In this document: positions 1 to 9,018 of the stretch, piece by piece
Layout of the letters: each line of letters starts with the position of its first letter
Numbering within the stretch: position 1 is the first letter of the stretch
Assembly: GCA_964342515.1 (NCBI GenBank)
Contig: CAYFFP010000001.1
Span: 25,036 to 76,203 of the forward strand
Length of the DNA stretch: 51,168 nucleotides
Reading direction: 5' to 3'
From: an uncultured Candidatus Saccharibacteria bacterium
GTDB lineage: Bacteria; Patescibacteriota; Minisyncoccia; Phycocordibacterales; Zambryskibacteraceae
Translations under genes and position numbers: made by a program
Notes under the pieces: model-generated
What the model saw: only the letters and a program-made list of their open reading frames with translations
Told to the model about the DNA's origin: nothing
Databases searched by the model: none

Positions 1-20
1 GAAGATATATACCCGCTCTA

Positions 21-743
21 GTGCTCTTGGGATTTATTGGTTGGGGCATCTATACATCTCAAGATGATGATGTAGTTCAGAGGAACAATGATGCCATTTC
101 AGCCTTTAATTCTGGTCAAAGTGATTTAGCAATTAACCAATTCCAGCAAGCATCCCAAGAAGCAGTTTCAAAAGAGAATAAAGTTGAATCACTAAAAAAT
201 CTTGGCTACGTGAATACGACAGAAGGTAATTATGCTGAAGCCCTTTCAGCTTTTAAACAAGCATTAACTCTGACTGGTAAAGACTCTTTTAATTACTATC
301 TAATTTCTGGAGAGATTGCAGTCTTGGAAGGTAAACCTAATTCTGCCTATATTAGCTTCAATAAAGCATATTCACTCAACCCAGAGAGCTTCCAAATAAA
401 TAATAGCCTCGCCTTATTTCATATAGATTTGGAAGAAATCGCACCACAATATACAGATTATCCAAAAGCACTTAAATACGCTCAAAAGGCATATAGCTTA
501 CAGAGCGATGAAATTGGGAGACAAAACTTAGGCATAGCCCATTACTTTAACGATAATTACATCCAGGCAATCAATCTACTATCACAAACAAATTTAGACC
601 AACATCCTTATATGGCTTTGTGGCTAGGTCTGGCCTATGCGGGAAATGGGGATGTGACGAATGCCAAATCTCATTTTAGAACAGCCATTGCTAAGGGTGT
701 TGAGATTCCTCAAGAGGTTTACGATTATCTCTATAACAATTAA
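21..743 (+). CDS. TPR-repeat protein, probably 5'-truncated by the window edge
   Basis: Repeated ~34-aa A/L/Y/G-rich helical repeats (e.g. GNYAEALSAFKQAL, AYISFNKAYSLNP, ALKYAQKAYSL, ALWLGLAYAGNGD). Frame is open back to nt 3 and the first codon is GTG. Confidence 0.6.
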   Translation: MLLGFIGWGIYTSQDDDVVQRNNDAISAFNSGQSDLAINQFQQASQEAVSKENKVESLKNLGYVNTTEGNYAEALSAFKQALTLTGKDSFNYYLISGEIAVLEGKPNSAYISFNKAYSLNPESFQINNSLALFHIDLEEIAPQYTDYPKALKYAQKAYSLQSDEIGRQNLGIAHYFNDNYIQAINLLSQTNLDQHPYMALWLGLAYAGNGDVTNAKSHFRTAIAKGVEIPQEVYDYLYNN

Positions 744-745
744 AT

Positions 746-1282
746 ATGGAACAAAAAGATACAAACAAGAAAAGTGCTTGGTCGTGGAGTATGGAAGAGA
801 CGGACATAAAGAACCAAATTGAAAACTACCATAGTTTAAAAATTACAAAATCTTATCGTGGTATTTCGGTTCTCCTAGTTTCCGCACTGTTAGCCTTATC
901 TCTGCTTTTAAGTTTTTTCGGAGTATATTCAGATATAGACACCATTATCTATAGTCTCATCATTTATATTCCCATCATATTCTTTGTTTATAAGGGTCAT
1001 CGTTGGGCAATCATTTCTCTTATAGCTCTATGGACTTTGGAAAAGGTTTATCAAATCTATGAGACTGGAGGAGAAAGCGGAATTATGCCAATTATATGGT
1101 GGCTCATAGTGACGCCATATTTCTGGAAGGCTCTGAAGGTTGAAAATGTAAGGAATGGAAAATTTAAAGAAGAAGTCGGAAAGGGCACGTCATTTTGCCA
1201 CCAGTGTGGTGAAGCTCTAGAGTCAGACGTAAAGTTTTGCTCAAAGTGCGGAGCTAAGATTAATCCTTTAATAACACAATAG
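746..1282 (+). CDS. Multi-pass membrane protein with C-terminal CxxC-x11-CxxC zinc ribbon
   Basis: Hydrophobic helices and C-terminal CHQCGEALESDVKFCSKCGAKI. Starts 2 nt after the previous stop. Confidence 0.6.
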   Translation: MEQKDTNKKSAWSWSMEETDIKNQIENYHSLKITKSYRGISVLLVSALLALSLLLSFFGVYSDIDTIIYSLIIYIPIIFFVYKGHRWAIISLIALWTLEKVYQIYETGGESGIMPIIWWLIVTPYFWKALKVENVRNGKFKEEVGKGTSFCHQCGEALESDVKFCSKCGAKINPLITQ

Positions 1283-1284
1283 TT

Positions 1285-1959
1285 ATGTATTGCGAAAATT
1301 GTGGGGCAAAGATTGAAGAGGGTGCAAATTTTTGTCAAAGTTGCGGAAAGACAGTTGGTATAACCAATGGTAATTCAAAACAAAACAATCAAACAGGAGC
1401 ACTTACACAGGCAGATTATCGGAAAAAGAAAATCTGGGCCGTTGGTTTACCCATTGCCATTTTGATAGGAACAATTGCTCTTTGGGGGATAGCTTCCACG
1501 CTGTCCCAGACATTATTGAGCATTATCAGTGTCTTCTTACCGATAGTGGTCGGTATGGCTATCTTTTGGATTCCTCTTGGTGTATTAGCGGCTATATATT
1601 TTCATAGGAGACAGAAGCAAGAGGGATGGGAGCAATATGATAGGCGGTCGGGTCTGGGTAAGGATGCCCCTATACCTGATGAGGTAAAGAAATGGAATTG
1701 GGGAGCCTTTGTTCTTACGGCAGTATGGGGAACCTATCACGGTGTGTGGCGTTCTCTGCTGATATTCATTCCTTTTTTCAATATCATATGGTTCTTTGTC
1801 TTAGGAGCTAAAGGTAGCGAGTGGGCCTGGCAAAGAAACAAATACAAAAGTATAGAGGATTTTAAAGTGTCTAAGAAAAGATGGGACAGAGCGGGAATAA
1901 TTATCCTCCTGATTATTATTCCACTTTATATAATTGGAGGGATATTAGGAAGCTTATAA
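1285..1959 (+). CDS. N-terminal zinc-ribbon membrane protein (DUF2628-like C-terminal region)
   Basis: MYCENCGAKIEEGANFCQSCGK at the N-terminus; TM helices; WNWGAFVLTAVWGTYHGVW motif resembling DUF2628-type proteins. Confidence 0.6.
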   Translation: MYCENCGAKIEEGANFCQSCGKTVGITNGNSKQNNQTGALTQADYRKKKIWAVGLPIAILIGTIALWGIASTLSQTLLSIISVFLPIVVGMAIFWIPLGVLAAIYFHRRQKQEGWEQYDRRSGLGKDAPIPDEVKKWNWGAFVLTAVWGTYHGVWRSLLIFIPFFNIIWFFVLGAKGSEWAWQRNKYKSIEDFKVSKKRWDRAGIIILLIIIPLYIIGGILGSL

Positions 1960-1963
1960 AACT

Positions 1964-2365
1964 ATGTATTGCGAACATTGCGGAAACAAAATAGAAAAAT
2001 CACACAGCTTTTGCACAAAGTGTGGCAATTTAGTTGTGAGGGACGGTGCCTTGAATGGCAGTCCATCTAAATTTGTAATATCTGCGGATAAATGGTGGCA
2101 CCGCTTATTAAAGGTCATTTATATCTTTTTATATCTGCAGGTGCTCTGGATAGTTCCAGCAGTCTGGTCAGTGAATAGTTCAGAATATGTCGGCTACAGT
2201 TTTGGCCAGTCTCAATATAGAGATACTTATGGAGAAGCATTCTGGTATTCACTACTAGCTCTCCTAATATTTCTAGTAGTGATTAGGCTTATAAAATTAA
2301 CGACTTTATATATTTTCTGGGGTCATAAACCGCAATGGGATCTGGAATTTAAAAAGTTATTTTAA
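1964..2365 (+). CDS. N-terminal zinc-ribbon membrane protein
   Basis: MYCEHCGNKIEKSHSFCTKCGN followed by TM helices. Confidence 0.55.
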   Translation: MYCEHCGNKIEKSHSFCTKCGNLVVRDGALNGSPSKFVISADKWWHRLLKVIYIFLYLQVLWIVPAVWSVNSSEYVGYSFGQSQYRDTYGEAFWYSLLALLIFLVVIRLIKLTTLYIFWGHKPQWDLEFKKLF

Positions 2366-2370
2366 GAACA

Positions 2371-2835
2371 ATGATTATATTTGGCTGGGGATTTCAAATG
2401 ATAAAAAACTTTGGGCCAACCTTTAAGCAACATTGCAATCATTGCGGCAATGATGATTACTGGGTGCTTACGAGAATAATGACTTGGTTCACTTTATTTT
2501 TTGTTCCAATATTTCCTTATTCAATAAAATATTTCTTGAGTTGTCCGGTTTGCCAATATGGTCTTACACTTGATTCCAAACAATCTGACGAATTGAGGCC
2601 TCTTGCAGAAGCAAATCAACTATTGCTTGATGGAAAGATTACAAAAGAAGAATACCAAGTAAGGTTAAGCTTGCCTCAAGCTTCTGAATCACAAGAAAAG
2701 GTGGTTGAAGCTGAAATTGAAACTAAAGTGGCTCATAAGCCAACTTCTCTTAAGTTTTGTGCGAGTTGCGGAACTGAAGTGGTAAAAGATGTAAAATTCT
2801 GTGGAAATTGCGGCGCGCAAGCTAATCCTTCTTAA
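2371..2835 (+). CDS. Membrane protein with internal CxxC pairs and a C-terminal zinc ribbon
   Basis: CNHCGN...CPVCQYG near the N-terminus and FCASCGTEVVKDVKFCGNCGAQ at the C-terminus. Confidence 0.55.
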   Translation: MIIFGWGFQMIKNFGPTFKQHCNHCGNDDYWVLTRIMTWFTLFFVPIFPYSIKYFLSCPVCQYGLTLDSKQSDELRPLAEANQLLLDGKITKEEYQVRLSLPQASESQEKVVEAEIETKVAHKPTSLKFCASCGTEVVKDVKFCGNCGAQANPS

Positions 2836-2841
2836 CTTATT

Positions 2842-3693
2842 ATGTTTTGCATAAATTGCGGAAAGGAAACTAAGGATAGCAATAAATTCTGCACATCGTG
2901 TGGTAAAGATAGCAACCCATCTCCCATCAAGACATCAGGTGTGTTTATTACAAAAAAGAGAGTGATATTTGCTGTATTGGCCCTACTTTTTGTTGTTTGG
3001 GTATTCTGGTCTATTGAAGACAGCAACGAAACGATAGCGTCCTCAGTTGTGAATATTTATTGCGAGAACGATAATGAAGAGTTGGCTGGTGGATCTGGAA
3101 CTATCATGACTGATACTGGTCTAGTTCTTACAAATGCTCATATCATTCCTGAAAATATAAGCGGGGATACTCTGCAAACCTGTGTAGTTATTCTTCCCGA
3201 TCCTCAAACTGGTGCACCTAAGGAAATGTATTATGCGTATCCAATAGTCTTTCCAGATATCAGTGAGAGATACGACTTAGCTTTTATTCAAATTGACGAC
3301 GTTTATGTAGATGATGAGGGTGTAATCTATGGAGATTATCCTAAGTTATTTCCTGCATACGACAATAGCAAATATTGTGTTAATGAAAATGTTAAGTTGG
3401 GTGAATCAGTTCGAATATATGGTTATCCTGCTATAAGCGGAGGAGTGGCTCTAACTATTACTGATGGCGTGGTCAGCAGTCTTTTGTTAGATGAGGGTTT
3501 AATAATTACTTCAGCAAAGATAAGTAGTGGTAATTCAGGCGGACTGGCTGTAGACGAGTATGGGTGTCGTATTGGTATTCCTGCGATGGTTACAGGGGAT
3601 GAGTATGAGAGTCTGGGTATTATTATTTCAAATAACCTAATTGCGGATTTTACTGATGAGGCTACAAGTCTATTGGAGCTGGGCGCAGAATAA
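2842..3693 (+). CDS. Zinc-ribbon / TM-anchored trypsin-like (S1) serine protease
   Basis: MFCINCGKETKDSNKFCTSCGK, one TM helix, then a candidate catalytic triad: TNAHI (His), DLAFIQI (Asp), GNSGG (Ser). Confidence 0.7.
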   Translation: MFCINCGKETKDSNKFCTSCGKDSNPSPIKTSGVFITKKRVIFAVLALLFVVWVFWSIEDSNETIASSVVNIYCENDNEELAGGSGTIMTDTGLVLTNAHIIPENISGDTLQTCVVILPDPQTGAPKEMYYAYPIVFPDISERYDLAFIQIDDVYVDDEGVIYGDYPKLFPAYDNSKYCVNENVKLGESVRIYGYPAISGGVALTITDGVVSSLLLDEGLIITSAKISSGNSGGLAVDEYGCRIGIPAMVTGDEYESLGIIISNNLIADFTDEATSLLELGAE

Positions 3694-3834
3694 ACTACGA
3701 AGGCAATTAACGCTCTAGCTCTGATTTACGATGCCATAGAACGCTCTAGAAGCACTTAGTTGTTATAGCTGTTATACGATGCTATCTAACGCTTTAACTG
3801 GTAAATACTTGTGGGCAAATATAAACACAATGAT

Positions 3835-3972
3835 ATGGAACACTACCTATTTGAGAAAGGGGTATATTTTCCGGATAATTCCGAAAAATTACCTGAACCG
3901 GGCTGGGATTATCTGGCTATAAATCAGCCTTGCTTTCCTACCGATCAGGGCTATAGTGAAGTTAAGTTTTAA
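3835..3972 (+). CDS. Small 45-aa ORF (MEHYLFEKGVYFPDNSEKLPEPGWDYLAINQPCFPTDQGYSEVKF), translationally coupled to the next gene
   Basis: Below the ORF-track cutoff. Its stop overlaps the next ATG as TAATG at 3970-3974. Non-repetitive composition. Confidence 0.3.
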   Translation: MEHYLFEKGVYFPDNSEKLPEPGWDYLAINQPCFPTDQGYSEVKF

Positions 3973-4709
3973 TGAAAATTACAATGGGAAAGAAGTACAT
4001 AATACTAGCTATAGGGCTTATTGCTGTAGTTTTAGCAGTTTCTTTTCTTGTAATTTTAGGCAATGAAGATAACGAGAAAAAAGTATTAAATAGTTCTACT
4101 AATGAAACATCTTTTGTCAGTGATACAGAGTTAAAAGATCAACTTGATTCAACATTGGACGTATTGATGAGGATTCATAGTGTCTCAATCACGGATATAC
4201 CACTAAAAAGTCCTGAAAGTCTTATTGTCGATGAACTAACTGAATCAATGAATGATCTTAATAAGTTGAAGGGGTTAACTTACAAAATAGAGGAAATCTC
4301 AAAGTCAAAAAATGAGATTATCTCAACGACTGGCTTAGTTTTAGATATTAGTGTGAAATCTTTAATAAAAGTTTATGAACCATGGATTCAATACTTGCGC
4401 GGTGTAGATATTAATAATCTGGTGGTATCAGAATTTCAATACCAGCTAGCACTTTTCCAAAGCTCAACACATGATGTCTATCTAACACTCGTAGAAAATG
4501 CCTCTTTGTTGCCAATGGTAACAGTTATATTCGGAGAGAGTGGTTCACAAAACACTGTTAATGAAGACTTGAAAGCTCATTTTTTAGCAAAGATTGACGA
4601 TTTATTTACTGATATTTTTATTAATGACGATCAATTTTACAAAGAGACTAAAAATAGGTACGCAATAGCGGTATTAGTAAGAGGGTATAGGGATTTCTAC
4701 ACTAGATAA
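3972..4709 (+). CDS. Hypothetical N-terminally membrane-anchored protein
   Basis: Single N-terminal TM helix (YIILAIGLIAVVLAVSFLVIL); no recognisable domain. Confidence 0.5.
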   Translation: MKITMGKKYIILAIGLIAVVLAVSFLVILGNEDNEKKVLNSSTNETSFVSDTELKDQLDSTLDVLMRIHSVSITDIPLKSPESLIVDELTESMNDLNKLKGLTYKIEEISKSKNEIISTTGLVLDISVKSLIKVYEPWIQYLRGVDINNLVVSEFQYQLALFQSSTHDVYLTLVENASLLPMVTVIFGESGSQNTVNEDLKAHFLAKIDDLFTDIFINDDQFYKETKNRYAIAVLVRGYRDFYTR

Positions 4710-4711
4710 AT

Positions 4712-5455
4712 ATGAAAAACAGAAATTTCTTATTCATCTTCATTTTTCTAGTCCTATTCTTTTCAAGAGTTAGCGCTGTTGATGCACACAGGTCTGGTTG
4801 TCATAGATGGCATTCCTGTCCTTCAGATAGTGGCTCATATACTTGTGGTGATGCTGGTCATCCCTGTCAGTATCCAACTTATCCAGCCAGTGGTGGAGTT
4901 ATTTATCCGCCGAGTGGATATTACAAAGATTGCTATGACTGCGTGCTGAAGAAAGTTCCCAGCAATGCATATACTTCAGGTATAACTTTTGAATGTAATA
5001 GTGGTTATGTAAAGATTGGTGATTCTTGTTTCAAAATAAATACAGATTCTACATCCAATCCTAATTATCCACCCCCTTCCTCAAAATGCCCCTTAAATTC
5101 ATCCACCTCTTTAACTGATTTAACTAAATGCAGCTGTAACAGTGGTTATACAACAAATTCGACAAAGACTGCTTGCGAATTGATATCTTCTGCTGAACTA
5201 AACAATAAGTCATGCAGTGATAAATATGGAGCTAATAGCAATTGGAATAGCACAATGACCTCTGATGGATTATTAAACTGCGGTTGTATTAGCGGATATG
5301 CATGGAATCAATCTAATACTGCATGTATTTTGCCAACTAACAATATAATATCCTCAAATACTGCTGATTTAGAGAGGACAAATCTTATAGCGGCAATAAT
5401 TGCGCAAATAAATGCACTTCAAGCTCAAATGGATAAATTAAAAAGTGGTATATGA
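4712..5455 (+). CDS. Secreted cysteine-rich repeat protein with C-terminal coiled coil
   Basis: Signal peptide (FLFIFIFLVLFFSRVSA), a His/Cys motif HRSGCHRWHSCPSDSGSYTCGD, three C-x-C-(N/I)SGY-x-C modules, and a C-terminal heptad segment. Confidence 0.55.
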   Translation: MKNRNFLFIFIFLVLFFSRVSAVDAHRSGCHRWHSCPSDSGSYTCGDAGHPCQYPTYPASGGVIYPPSGYYKDCYDCVLKKVPSNAYTSGITFECNSGYVKIGDSCFKINTDSTSNPNYPPPSSKCPLNSSTSLTDLTKCSCNSGYTTNSTKTACELISSAELNNKSCSDKYGANSNWNSTMTSDGLLNCGCISGYAWNQSNTACILPTNNIISSNTADLERTNLIAAIIAQINALQAQMDKLKSGI

Positions 5456-5526
5456 AGAAATCTTTTTAATTGAGTCATTTTTCTTTATTTTCGCTATTTT
5501 TCAATGAAAAAGGTGGCTATAAAAGA

Positions 5527-6342
5527 TTAGTTGGTTGTTTCTCTATACCATTTTTCCCAGCTTTCTTTGGCCTCTGTTCCAAAATTTTGCAAAAGACACT
5601 CTGTTGCAAACTTATCATTGTCACACCGTACTGCAGAGCATTTGCTTCCTATTTTACACTGGTATTCAAAACTTAATGATTCTATTGTCCCAGTATAAAA
5701 ACCATCTTTATTGAATGGGGTAACGAGAATTCTATTTACACTTGGAGCCGGTGGCTGTGGCTGGATAAAGTCCCAAAACCTAACTAATTTCGTTGTATTG
5801 CGACTAGATAAGAACTCCTCTTTTGTTGTAGATAGGGTGCTCTTACCCAAAAGATCAATCTCTAAATTAATAGGATTATCTTTATTAAATACACCGCCAT
5901 TTTCTTTCGTAAGTGTGATATCTAGTCCATCAGACGATTTACGAACCGCATTATATATACCACTTTCTTCCCCTATGTTTATGGAAAGAAAGTAGTCTTT
6001 ATTGTCTTGAAAACTGCCCTTAATATGTAATTTGGCTACTTCAAAATCTCCAGTAAGAGCAAGTATCCGACTAAGTTTTTTATAACTCTCTGTTAGGTAT
6101 GGGTTCTCAGTAATCTGATATTTGTCTTCTGGTTTAATCAAATCAACAAAAGAAGTTTTAATCTTTGGCGGAGTTATTACTGGCAACTCATCTACAATTG
6201 GTGGAATTTCATCCTTTGGCAAGTTGGCCGTATTAGTTTGTTCTGAAAACTGAAATAACTTCAAAATACCAAATACTGCCAAAAATATAGTTAGAGCAAA
6301 TAAAGTCAAATATCCAATAGTTCGTATTATTTTATCTTTCAT
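5527..6342 (-). CDS. Hypothetical membrane-anchored protein with Cys-rich C-terminus
   Basis: N-terminal TM helix, 271-aa ORF, overlaps the upstream ORF by 11 nt. Confidence 0.5.
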   Translation of the reverse strand: MKDKIIRTIGYLTLFALTIFLAVFGILKLFQFSEQTNTANLPKDEIPPIVDELPVITPPKIKTSFVDLIKPEDKYQITENPYLTESYKKLSRILALTGDFEVAKLHIKGSFQDNKDYFLSINIGEESGIYNAVRKSSDGLDITLTKENGGVFNKDNPINLEIDLLGKSTLSTTKEEFLSSRNTTKLVRFWDFIQPQPPAPSVNRILVTPFNKDGFYTGTIESLSFEYQCKIGSKCSAVRCDNDKFATECLLQNFGTEAKESWEKWYRETTN

Positions 6343-6742
6343 CTTTAGGAATTTTTACTAATTTTTCTAAAAGTAGGTAAGACGGCTTATATATTACTAT
6401 AGGTAGTGGTATGCAGATTATTGAAGTTAGAACTTTATATTTGGTTGGCACTCTCAACTCTTTTTCTGTCCATATTTCCACTACTGAACAAAATAACCAC
6501 CAGACTAATTTGAGAAATATTATTGTTAAAGCTACAGCTAATCCGAGCACAGGCAACACAGTTTTTATACTTGTTCCTAGAAAATATTGAAATAACTTAA
6601 GTAACTCATTCTCAAGTAAAAAAGATAAGAAAATGATAGCTATAGCAAAATTAAAGGTGCTATAAATACCTAATCCAGTGCTAGTGGCACTATCTGGTTC
6701 TCTCATCATCCAAGCGTGTGCCTTCTTAATGTAAGTCACCAT
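6332..6742 (-). CDS. Hypothetical multi-pass membrane protein
   Basis: Three to four hydrophobic helices; operonic with 5527..6342. Confidence 0.45.
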   Translation of the reverse strand: MVTYIKKAHAWMMREPDSATSTGLGIYSTFNFAIAIIFLSFLLENELLKLFQYFLGTSIKTVLPVLGLAVALTIIFLKLVWWLFCSVVEIWTEKELRVPTKYKVLTSIICIPLPIVIYKPSYLLLEKLVKIPKDER

Positions 6743-6817
6743 AACTCAATATCTGTTCAATCAAAATAGCACCATGGGTCATTTTTGCAAGTTCTTGTAT
6801 GGTCTTGAATATCTTCG

Positions 6818-7042
6818 TCAAAAAAACCTTTGATGTTCGTTAAGTGGGATGTCAAGGATAGCTTCTTCAGAATTATCACGAGTGGCATCAGTATCTTTAA
6901 TGGCGCTAGGTTGCTTTACCTCAAAGGCCATGTAGGATTTAAGGTCTGGAATGTATATAAGCCCGTCATAGTTCTTAAGGCTGGTTCTTACTTTGTTCAA
7001 TAAGTCGCGCCACGTAAAATGGATTGCCTTGCAATCCATCAC
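6818..7042 (-). CDS. Hypothetical 74-aa protein
   Basis: ORF only; no motif recognised. Confidence 0.3.
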   Translation of the reverse strand: MMDCKAIHFTWRDLLNKVRTSLKNYDGLIYIPDLKSYMAFEVKQPSAIKDTDATRDNSEEAILDIPLNEHQRFF

Positions 7043-7071
7043 GTGGCTTCGCAGAAATGTGAAGACACTAC

Positions 7072-7100
7072 AAAATTGCCTTAATAGGCAATTTTGTTTT
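7072..7100 (+). terminator. Orphan terminator-like hairpin AAAATTGCC-n6-GGCAATTTT followed by GTTTT
   Basis: 9-bp stem followed by a T-run. There is no obvious plus-strand gene upstream. Confidence 0.3.
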
Positions 7101-7187
7101 ACGTGAGTCGCGTGATGAGCAAAGTCCCGTGAAGTTTACTTTTTACGGGACGTAGCGAATTTTACGCGACAGCGTTAGAATGAAATT

Positions 7188-7442
7188 ATGTACTGGGTCT
7201 ACGTCCTAGAGTGCCCAGACGATAGAAGCTGGTATATTGGTTATACTTCGGATTTGGATAAGAGAGTTAGGGAACATCAATCTGGCTACGGTTCTCAAAC
7301 TACAAGTATTAAAGCTGGCTGGAAATTAATTTATTGCGAAGGCTATCTTGATATTAAAGACGCTAAGGGTAGAGAAGTGTTTTTAAAGAGCGGTGCGGGG
7401 AGAAAATTTTTAAAGAAACAGCTAAAAAATTACTTATCTTAA
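7188..7442 (+). CDS. Small GIY-YIG (URI) domain nuclease-family protein
   Basis: YWVYVLEC...WYIGYTSDLDKRVREH matches the GIY-YIG signature of stand-alone ~85-aa proteins. Confidence 0.75.
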   Translation: MYWVYVLECPDDRSWYIGYTSDLDKRVREHQSGYGSQTTSIKAGWKLIYCEGYLDIKDAKGREVFLKSGAGRKFLKKQLKNYLS

Positions 7443-7455
7443 ACCTGATATACTT

Positions 7456-8244
7456 TTGTATATGAGTAAGAATTTGAGATTTGATTTTTATGTTGTATTG
7501 GGAATTGTATTATTGTCGATTCCAACGATTCTTCATTTTGAAGTCAAGCCCCTTACAGCTTCACTATACTTATTTGCACTTCCCACACTCTATCTCTTTG
7601 TAAAAAGAAGAAAGCCGTACAAAGAACTCTTACTGGGGACTTTGTTGATAGGAAGTGGTTTTGGTCTCATTTTTGATATTATCGCTACTGTAAGCGGAGC
7701 TTGGTTTATTCCTGATAATCAGCTGGTATTTAATTACAGGATATTTGGTTTCTGGCCAGTAGATGAAATAATCTGGTTCTTTCTATGGGCTTTATTTATT
7801 CTTGCTTTTTATGAGCATTTTTATGAAAAAGATAGACGAGATAAGTTATCAAAAAGATTTAGGTATATTGCTGTACCAATTTTAATTTCTGCCACCCTTG
7901 TTTTATGGGTTGCTGTGGTAGACCATTCTAGGCTGGCGATTAATTATGCTTACTCCTTAATTCTTACTCCAGCAATAATACCTATTTGGTATGTGTTCTC
8001 GAAACGACCTAATTTGATACCAAAATTTTTAAAAACAGGGGCATTCTTCTTTTTGGTTTTTCTTGCACATGAACTTACAGCTTTAAAACTTGGGCAATGG
8101 CAATTTCTAGGAACCAGTCAGTATATTGGTTGGGTAGAGCTATTTGGATTAAGATTTCCATTTGAAGAGCTGCTACTCTGGATGGGATTAAGTCCGTTTA
8201 TTGTTCTGGCTATTTACGAAGGATTTGTTGATAATGATAAGTAA
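7456..8244 (+). CDS. Polytopic membrane protein, lycopene-cyclase-domain-like
   Basis: Two P-x-(D/E)-E motifs in TM context (WPVDEIIWF, FPFEELLLW), typical of CrtYc/d-type domains. TTG at 7456; the first ATG is at 7462. Confidence 0.45.
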   Translation: MYMSKNLRFDFYVVLGIVLLSIPTILHFEVKPLTASLYLFALPTLYLFVKRRKPYKELLLGTLLIGSGFGLIFDIIATVSGAWFIPDNQLVFNYRIFGFWPVDEIIWFFLWALFILAFYEHFYEKDRRDKLSKRFRYIAVPILISATLVLWVAVVDHSRLAINYAYSLILTPAIIPIWYVFSKRPNLIPKFLKTGAFFFLVFLAHELTALKLGQWQFLGTSQYIGWVELFGLRFPFEELLLWMGLSPFIVLAIYEGFVDNDK

Positions 8245-8368
8245 TTCTGGTTCTAGCATTATTTACTATCTGAGTTGACAGAAAATGCCTATCTGATAGT
8301 CTATATATACAAATGCCTTCGGGCCGGCCCTGCTTTGCAGGGACAAAGTCGGGAGAAACAAAAAGCCG

Positions 8369-8797
8369 TCAAAAGAGTAAATCTTTGATGGCTTTTTGTA
8401 TTTTGGCGAAAGTATCTTTATCTAAGGTGCTGATTTGTTTGTATAGACGCTTCGTATCAATCAACCGAATTTGTGAAATGATAGCGGCGGCTTTTTTACC
8501 ATCTACAATACCAACGGGCATGTAGTATTTATTATCCTTAATTGTGGTTGTAAGAGGAACAATAACACAAACATTTCGGCTTAACCCTTTCATAATTAAA
8601 ACTGGCCTAGAGAATCCCTTGCCTGTTCCGTCCTGTTCAAAGCCGACATTTACTCCTAATCTGCACCAACGAATCTGTCTTTCATGGTAAAGAGGCAAGT
8701 AATCTTCAAGCCCATCTATTTCCTTCTTGCGTTTATTCCAGCTATCAAAATCTTTCTTCATTTCTTCCAGCGCCTTAGCCCGCGCTTCGTTTTGCAA
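8369..8797 (-). CDS. PemK/MazF-family toxin (endoribonuclease fold), no adjacent antitoxin seen
   Basis: RQIRWCRLGVNVGFEQDG...FSRPVLIM...VIVPLTT...AIISQIRLIDTKRL. A more likely start is the ATG at 8761 (MKKDFDSW). Confidence 0.7.
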   Translation of the reverse strand: MQNEARAKALEEMKKDFDSWNKRKKEIDGLEDYLPLYHERQIRWCRLGVNVGFEQDGTGKGFSRPVLIMKGLSRNVCVIVPLTTTIKDNKYYMPVGIVDGKKAAAIISQIRLIDTKRLYKQISTLDKDTFAKIQKAIKDLLF

Positions 8798-8841
8798 AAG
8801 GACATAAATTTCTATAAGATTAAAGCCGTTATTTTCTATTT

Positions 8842-8913
8842 GCCGGAGTAGTTCAGTGGTAGAACGTTACCATGGTAAGGTAAAAGTCGGGAGTCCGATT
8901 CTCCCCTCCGGCT
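8842..8913 (+). tRNA. tRNA-Thr (anticodon GGT)
   Basis: Manual cloverleaf: acceptor GCCGGAG/CTCCGGC, D arm GTTC-AGTGGTA-GAAC, anticodon arm TTACC-ATGGTAA-GGTAA, T arm GGGAG-TCCGATT-CTCCC. Confidence 0.85.
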
Positions 8914-8980
8914 CAAGATGCAACCTTTTGTCATTTCTAAGAGTTGTAATAAGTGCAAGGGTCGATATTATGAGACAATA

Positions 8981-9009
8981 ATGGAATCCCGCCAAAGGCG
9001 GGGTTCCAT
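8981..9009. repeat. GC-rich hairpin ATGGAATCCCGCC-AAA-GGCGGGGTTCCAT, arms resemble the PPAGG palindrome
   Basis: 13-bp stem with one T-G pair, 10 nt upstream of the ECF sigma ATG. Arms AATCC(C)GCCA / GGCGGGGTT compare with AATCCGCCA / TGGCGGA. Confidence 0.5.
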
Positions 9010-9018
9010 GCCCTTACC

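Noticed and set aside
5470-5995. Plus-strand ORFs 5470-5676 and 5711-5995.
   Set aside because: They are antisense to the longer membrane-anchored 5527-6342 ORF. Their Phe/Leu/Ser-rich composition is typical of AT-rich shadow frames.
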